From: a virus
Lineage: Duplodnaviria; Caudoviricetes
DNA: 27,005 nt
Strand: one strand, 5' to 3'
IMG/VR virus record: IMGVR_UViG_3300049142_000021
Span: 1-27,005 of that record
The position numbers and the translations under genes are program-made. Positions 23,917-27,005 of the stretch are shown here, one piece after another (the stretch's first letter is position 1; every line of letters starts with the position of its first letter). The notes beneath the pieces are model-generated. The model was not told the origin of the DNA. It did no database searches and was given only the letters and a program-made list of their open reading frames with translations.

Positions 23917-25608
23917 TCAGAACGTGAACCCGCCCATCGGCTCGGCCTCTTCGGCGAGCCCCTGCGCGACCGCTTGCGAGCGCGCCTCGAAGGCGAGGAT
24001 CGACGCGACAGCGGCGTCGATCTTCCGGGGAGAATCGGGGTTCTCTTTCATGATCTGGATGCCGGTACGCCCCTCGCGGCGGCGGGCGTTGAGGAAATGC
24101 CGAGTGAGTGCGTACGACCCGTCGTAGGTCATCTCTCGCTCGAGGATCGCGTCGAGTAGGCGCTGCGTCGCCCGGACGATCTGAATCGAGCGGCCGCCTG
24201 TCATCCACCACTCGACGGGGTGCTGCCGGCTCGCCTTGACCTTGAGCCGCGTACCGTAGCGCGCTTCCCAACCGGTCACGTGCTCTTGCCACTTCGCCGG
24301 GTCGGCGAACATCCCGACGACGTTGAACCGCTCGAAGGCGTCCTCGACCGCGGCGAGCACCGCGGCTTTCGGCACCTCCCAGTTCTCACCCGCGGCGCCG
24401 GCCGGCTGCTCCCACACGCCGAGCTCGAAGAGGTGACCGTCGCTCACGCGGCAGCCGATCAGCGCCGTCGCGTCGGTCACCTTGCGCGAGCGCTTCCTCG
24501 AGCCGTCGAACCCAAGCGTGATCATCTCGCCGTCGGTCACGACCTTGTTGAGGTCGCTCACGGCGATTAGCTCGGGCTCGGCGAGCCACGCGTCGGCGGC
24601 CGCCTCGGCGAGGTTGAAGAAGTAGCGTCGGCTGTCGCTCGGCGAGTTGCGCGGGTCGAAGATCTCGTTAACGAGCCGGTCGAGATCCATCACCGCGGCG
24701 AAGTCGCCGTACGCCTCGGCGAGCGACTCGCGCACCGCGCACTCGTCGGTGAGGTCGACGCCTTCGTGCCCGGACCGGTGATCGAAGAGCAGCCGCGCCG
24801 TGCGCGTCTTTCCCTCGCGGATCAGCTTCGCGTACGTGTGCGTCTCTTCGGCGACGCTGCCCTCGCCGGGCGCGTACATCGTCGACGTCTCGAGCGACCA
24901 GGGCGCGGCATCCTTCCGCTTGCCCAGGTTGCGGCGCACCGTGTCGTACATGCGGCGCAGCTCGGGCAGCACGTACAAGTGAGTCTCGTCGAACACGACG
25001 AAGCTTTCTTTGCCGCCATCTTTCGCGGCGTTCGACGCCGTTGACGGGACGATCTCGCCGCCGTCGGGAAGGATGATCCGGGTCACGCCCGCGGCGTCGC
25101 CCGGCAAGTCCTCGCCGAGCGGCCCGTCGGTGAGGTTGAACAACACGTTGTCGTACGTGTTGCCTGCCTGGCTTTCCTCCGTGGCCAGACAGCGAATGAA
25201 CGGGTACGTGACCGGGCGCCCCATTGGTTCGCCCGGCTGGTAGACGTAACGGAAGTCGCGCCACTGGTAGACCTCGCCGCCCTCGGCCCAACCGGCGAAG
25301 CGGCACGGGCCGAACGCCTCGAAGAGCACGAACCGCCCGGCGGTCCCTGACTTGTCGCGCCCCTTCGCCCGGCTGAAGAACGCCGAGTCGTACAGCCGGC
25401 GACCGGACCCGTCGAGGGCGTAGGCGTCGACCGTGAGGGCGGCGAGCTCGTCGTCGAGCGGCACGCCGTCGGGCGCGTCCGGGTCGAGCGGCCGGCCTTG
25501 AATGTCGCCGGGCCCATGAACGCAGAAATGCTCTTTCCACGCGAGGGCGAGCCACCCTAGCGAGCGGGTCCGGTCATGCTCTCGGGCGCGAACGAGCTCA
25601 CGGGGCAT
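23917..25608 (-). CDS. terL: Terminase large subunit, 563 aa
   Basis: Walker A-like SRAKGRDKS, Walker B FVVFDETH, nuclease LGFDGS...DATALI, KIDAAVA. Confidence 0.95.
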   Translation of the reverse strand: MPRELVRAREHDRTRSLGWLALAWKEHFCVHGPGDIQGRPLDPDAPDGVPLDDELAALTVDAYALDGSGRRLYDSAFFSRAKGRDKSGTAGRFVLFEAFGPCRFAGWAEGGEVYQWRDFRYVYQPGEPMGRPVTYPFIRCLATEESQAGNTYDNVLFNLTDGPLGEDLPGDAAGVTRIILPDGGEIVPSTASNAAKDGGKESFVVFDETHLYVLPELRRMYDTVRRNLGKRKDAAPWSLETSTMYAPGEGSVAEETHTYAKLIREGKTRTARLLFDHRSGHEGVDLTDECAVRESLAEAYGDFAAVMDLDRLVNEIFDPRNSPSDSRRYFFNLAEAAADAWLAEPELIAVSDLNKVVTDGEMITLGFDGSRKRSRKVTDATALIGCRVSDGHLFELGVWEQPAGAAGENWEVPKAAVLAAVEDAFERFNVVGMFADPAKWQEHVTGWEARYGTRLKVKASRQHPVEWWMTGGRSIQIVRATQRLLDAILEREMTYDGSYALTRHFLNARRREGRTGIQIMKENPDSPRKIDAAVASILAFEARSQAVAQGLAEEAEPMGGFTF

Positions 25609-26110
25609 CGGCGGTCAGCCGGGCCCGGCGTTCCGACAGCCGCGTGACGTTCTGCGGCGCCGACGCCTTGCTCGTCGACTCGGTCACCTCGCCCTCGGCC
25701 GACTCGTCCTCGAGTGGCACGTACCGAATGCGGAGATCCCGCCGCGCGTCGAGCGTCGTACCGAGCACCCGCTCGCGCTGCCGCAGCTCGCCCGCGAGCC
25801 GGACGTCGCCGGCGAACACGGCGTCGGCGACGAGCGCGGTCGTCACCGCGTACTGCCAGTCGGCATCCGACCAGAGAACGCAGTGCGGCATCGAAGCGAC
25901 CCGGTCCCACCACTGCCGCGTGATCGACTGCAACGGCTGCATGTCCGACTGCCGGCCGAGCTCGCGATCGGTCCACTCGACCCGGCGAGCTTCCGGCAGC
26001 GTCGGCCGCGGACCGTCGTACGGCTGGTCGGCAACCGTCGTCCAGTCGTGCACCGCTGCGACCCGGTTGCGCTTCGGCCCGTCCTTCGGCTTGCGCCCCG
26101 TGACTGCCAT
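25598..26110 (-). CDS. terS: Terminase small subunit, 170 aa
   Basis: ATG at 26110 (MAVTGRKPK) with GGGAGG RBS; TRQWW...W...DW...ELRQRERVLGTTLDARRDLRI; overlaps the terL start. Confidence 0.88.
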   Translation of the reverse strand: MAVTGRKPKDGPKRNRVAAVHDWTTVADQPYDGPRPTLPEARRVEWTDRELGRQSDMQPLQSITRQWWDRVASMPHCVLWSDADWQYAVTTALVADAVFAGDVRLAGELRQRERVLGTTLDARRDLRIRYVPLEDESAEGEVTESTSKASAPQNVTRLSERRARLTADAP

Positions 26111-26118
26111 CGGTCTAC

Positions 26119-26156
26119 CTCCCGTGTCGGGTACGCCGCAGCGCGCCCGTGTCGGG
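26119..26156 (-). promoter_or_regulatory. Tandem ACA-triloop hairpins in the terS leader
   Basis: CCCG-ACA-CGGG at 26156-26146 and 26131-26121, the second overlapping GGGAGG. Confidence 0.65.
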
Positions 26157-26160
26157 GGCG

Positions 26161-26742
26161 CTACAGCAACGCGTGAATGACGGCCGACAGATCGCCGAGC
26201 CGGCGGGGCGTGTCGCCCCACGTGTCGCCCGTGACCGCGATGTACCGGCCCGTGCCGTACAGCTCGACCGTCCCGGTCCCGACCGACACCCGCCGGCCGT
26301 GCGGCAGCTCGCCGTACCCCCAGACGTGCAGCCCGTCGCCGGACACCGACCGCTCGACCCATGTCGGGCCCGCGGCGTCGAGGATGCGCTGCGCCCACGG
26401 GGCGACCCGGTCGCCGTAGAGGCAGTGGTCGAGGTCGAGGCACACAACGCCGTCGCCGTTGAGGACGAACCCGAGCCCGGCGCCGGCCGTGCTCTTCGAG
26501 GCGTCGCTGTACCGCGACCATGTCTCGGGGTCGGTGCTGCTCGCCGCGGCGCCGTCGACCGCGACGGGAACCTTCGCCGCGGTGCGCCGCACCCAACGCG
26601 GCCGGCTCGTGAGCTCGTCCGGCAGCGTGCGGCGCCGCACACGATGCGCCGCGACACGGCAGCGCGTCGAGCAGTACCTCGCGTGGCGCCGCGCCGTGAT
26701 CGGCAGCGGGGCGGGGCAGTGCTCGCAGGTCGGGGTCGGCAT
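26161..26742 (-). CDS. Zn-finger plus stand-alone AEP primase-polymerase-like domain protein, 193 aa
   Basis: CEHC...RYCSTRCRVAAHR finger; PRWVRR..KVP, GLGFVL, VCLDLDHC (DxD), ERSVSGDGLHVW, VELYGTGRYIAVTG prim-pol motifs. Confidence 0.85.
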   Translation of the reverse strand: MPTPTCEHCPAPLPITARRHARYCSTRCRVAAHRVRRRTLPDELTSRPRWVRRTAAKVPVAVDGAAASSTDPETWSRYSDASKSTAGAGLGFVLNGDGVVCLDLDHCLYGDRVAPWAQRILDAAGPTWVERSVSGDGLHVWGYGELPHGRRVSVGTGTVELYGTGRYIAVTGDTWGDTPRRLGDLSAVIHALL

Positions 26743-26780
26743 GCCTCTATGATACCGCAGATGTAACGCTTTTAGCACTC
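26743..26780 (-). promoter_or_regulatory. Putative promoter giving a leaderless transcript of the prim-pol-like gene
   Basis: -10-like TATCAT (26754-26749) 6 nt before ATG 26742; locally AT-rich; no well-spaced RBS. Confidence 0.5.
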
Positions 26781-26799
26781 TGACCTGCGCATTCATCAA

Positions 26800-27005
26800 A
26801 CGTTGATCGGGGTCGAGGGGCTGAGAGGCGCTGTACGGTGCCCACCCGCCGCGCCATCAAATCAGCCACCCCGACCCCTGCCCGCACCCCTACGGGCAGC
26901 CCAGGGGGCGCCATGCCCCCAAATCTCGGCGTTTCATACGCACGGAGCGCCGCAGCACCTCCCGAGGCTCAGACCGGGTGGGGGGAGGGAGTCACCCCCC
27001 AGGGG
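26800..27005. other. Non-coding region upstream of the packaging genes; candidate cos/pac region
   Basis: No convincing ORF; G/C runs (GGGGGGTGACTCCCTCCCCCC on minus) at the position where packaging sites usually lie. Positional inference only. Confidence 0.3.

Larger units (their letters stand above)
4868..27005 (-). mobile_element. Siphovirus-type (pro)phage late operon: packaging, head, tail, lysis
   Basis: Canonical gene order from terminase to endolysin/holin, all on the minus strand, tightly coupled, with no visible disruptions. Element ends and integrase are not in the window; 1-4805 is probably phage cargo. Confidence 0.93.

Noticed and set aside
25598-26596. 332-aa ORF suggesting a long terminase small subunit
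   Set aside because: Upstream part is an out-of-frame shadow of the prim-pol-like gene; ATG 26110 has a strong RBS.
26743-26799. N-terminal extension of the prim-pol-like ORF containing a TTA codon
   Set aside because: Overlaps the putative promoter; ATG 26742 directly before the Zn finger is the more plausible start, so this TTA was not counted.
1-27005. Integrase, att sites, tRNA genes, CRISPR arrays, diversity-generating retroelement repeats
   Set aside because: None recognisable in the window; prophage versus free phage status and element boundaries cannot be determined here.

Overview
High-GC actinobacterial window, most likely Streptomyces (inferred from GC content, gene content and codon use). 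4868-26742 is an intact, minus-strand late operon of a siphovirus-type (pro)phage. In transcription order it encodes: a Zn-finger/primase-polymerase-like gene, terminase small and large subunits, portal, MuF-like protein, scaffold, head decoration protein, lambda-gpE-type major capsid, head-tail connectors, major tail protein, tail assembly chaperone with a -1 frameshift extension, tape measure with a C-terminal lytic transglycosylase, Dit, Gp37-like tail protein, minor tail protein, beta-helix tailspike, and a lysis cassette (CHAP endolysin, holin, TM/coiled-coil protein, collagen-like membrane protein). 1-4805 is an accessory module. A YspA-type SLOG protein and an XRE-HTH/TPR-like regulator are transcribed divergently from an operon of four small genes, a truncated class I (LysRS-like) aminoacyl-tRNA-synthetase paralog and an ASCH protein. 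This module is the best candidate for an undescribed system, and its regulator and ligase carry the only in-frame TTA (bldA) codons I found. Two repeated intergenic motifs not explained by the gene calls were also found: ACA-loop hairpins occluding the RBS of head-packaging genes, and GCTCACCC repeats, one pair matching a complementary hairpin loop. No integrase, att site, tRNA or CRISPR array is visible. All family assignments come from motif recognition by eye, not from database searches.
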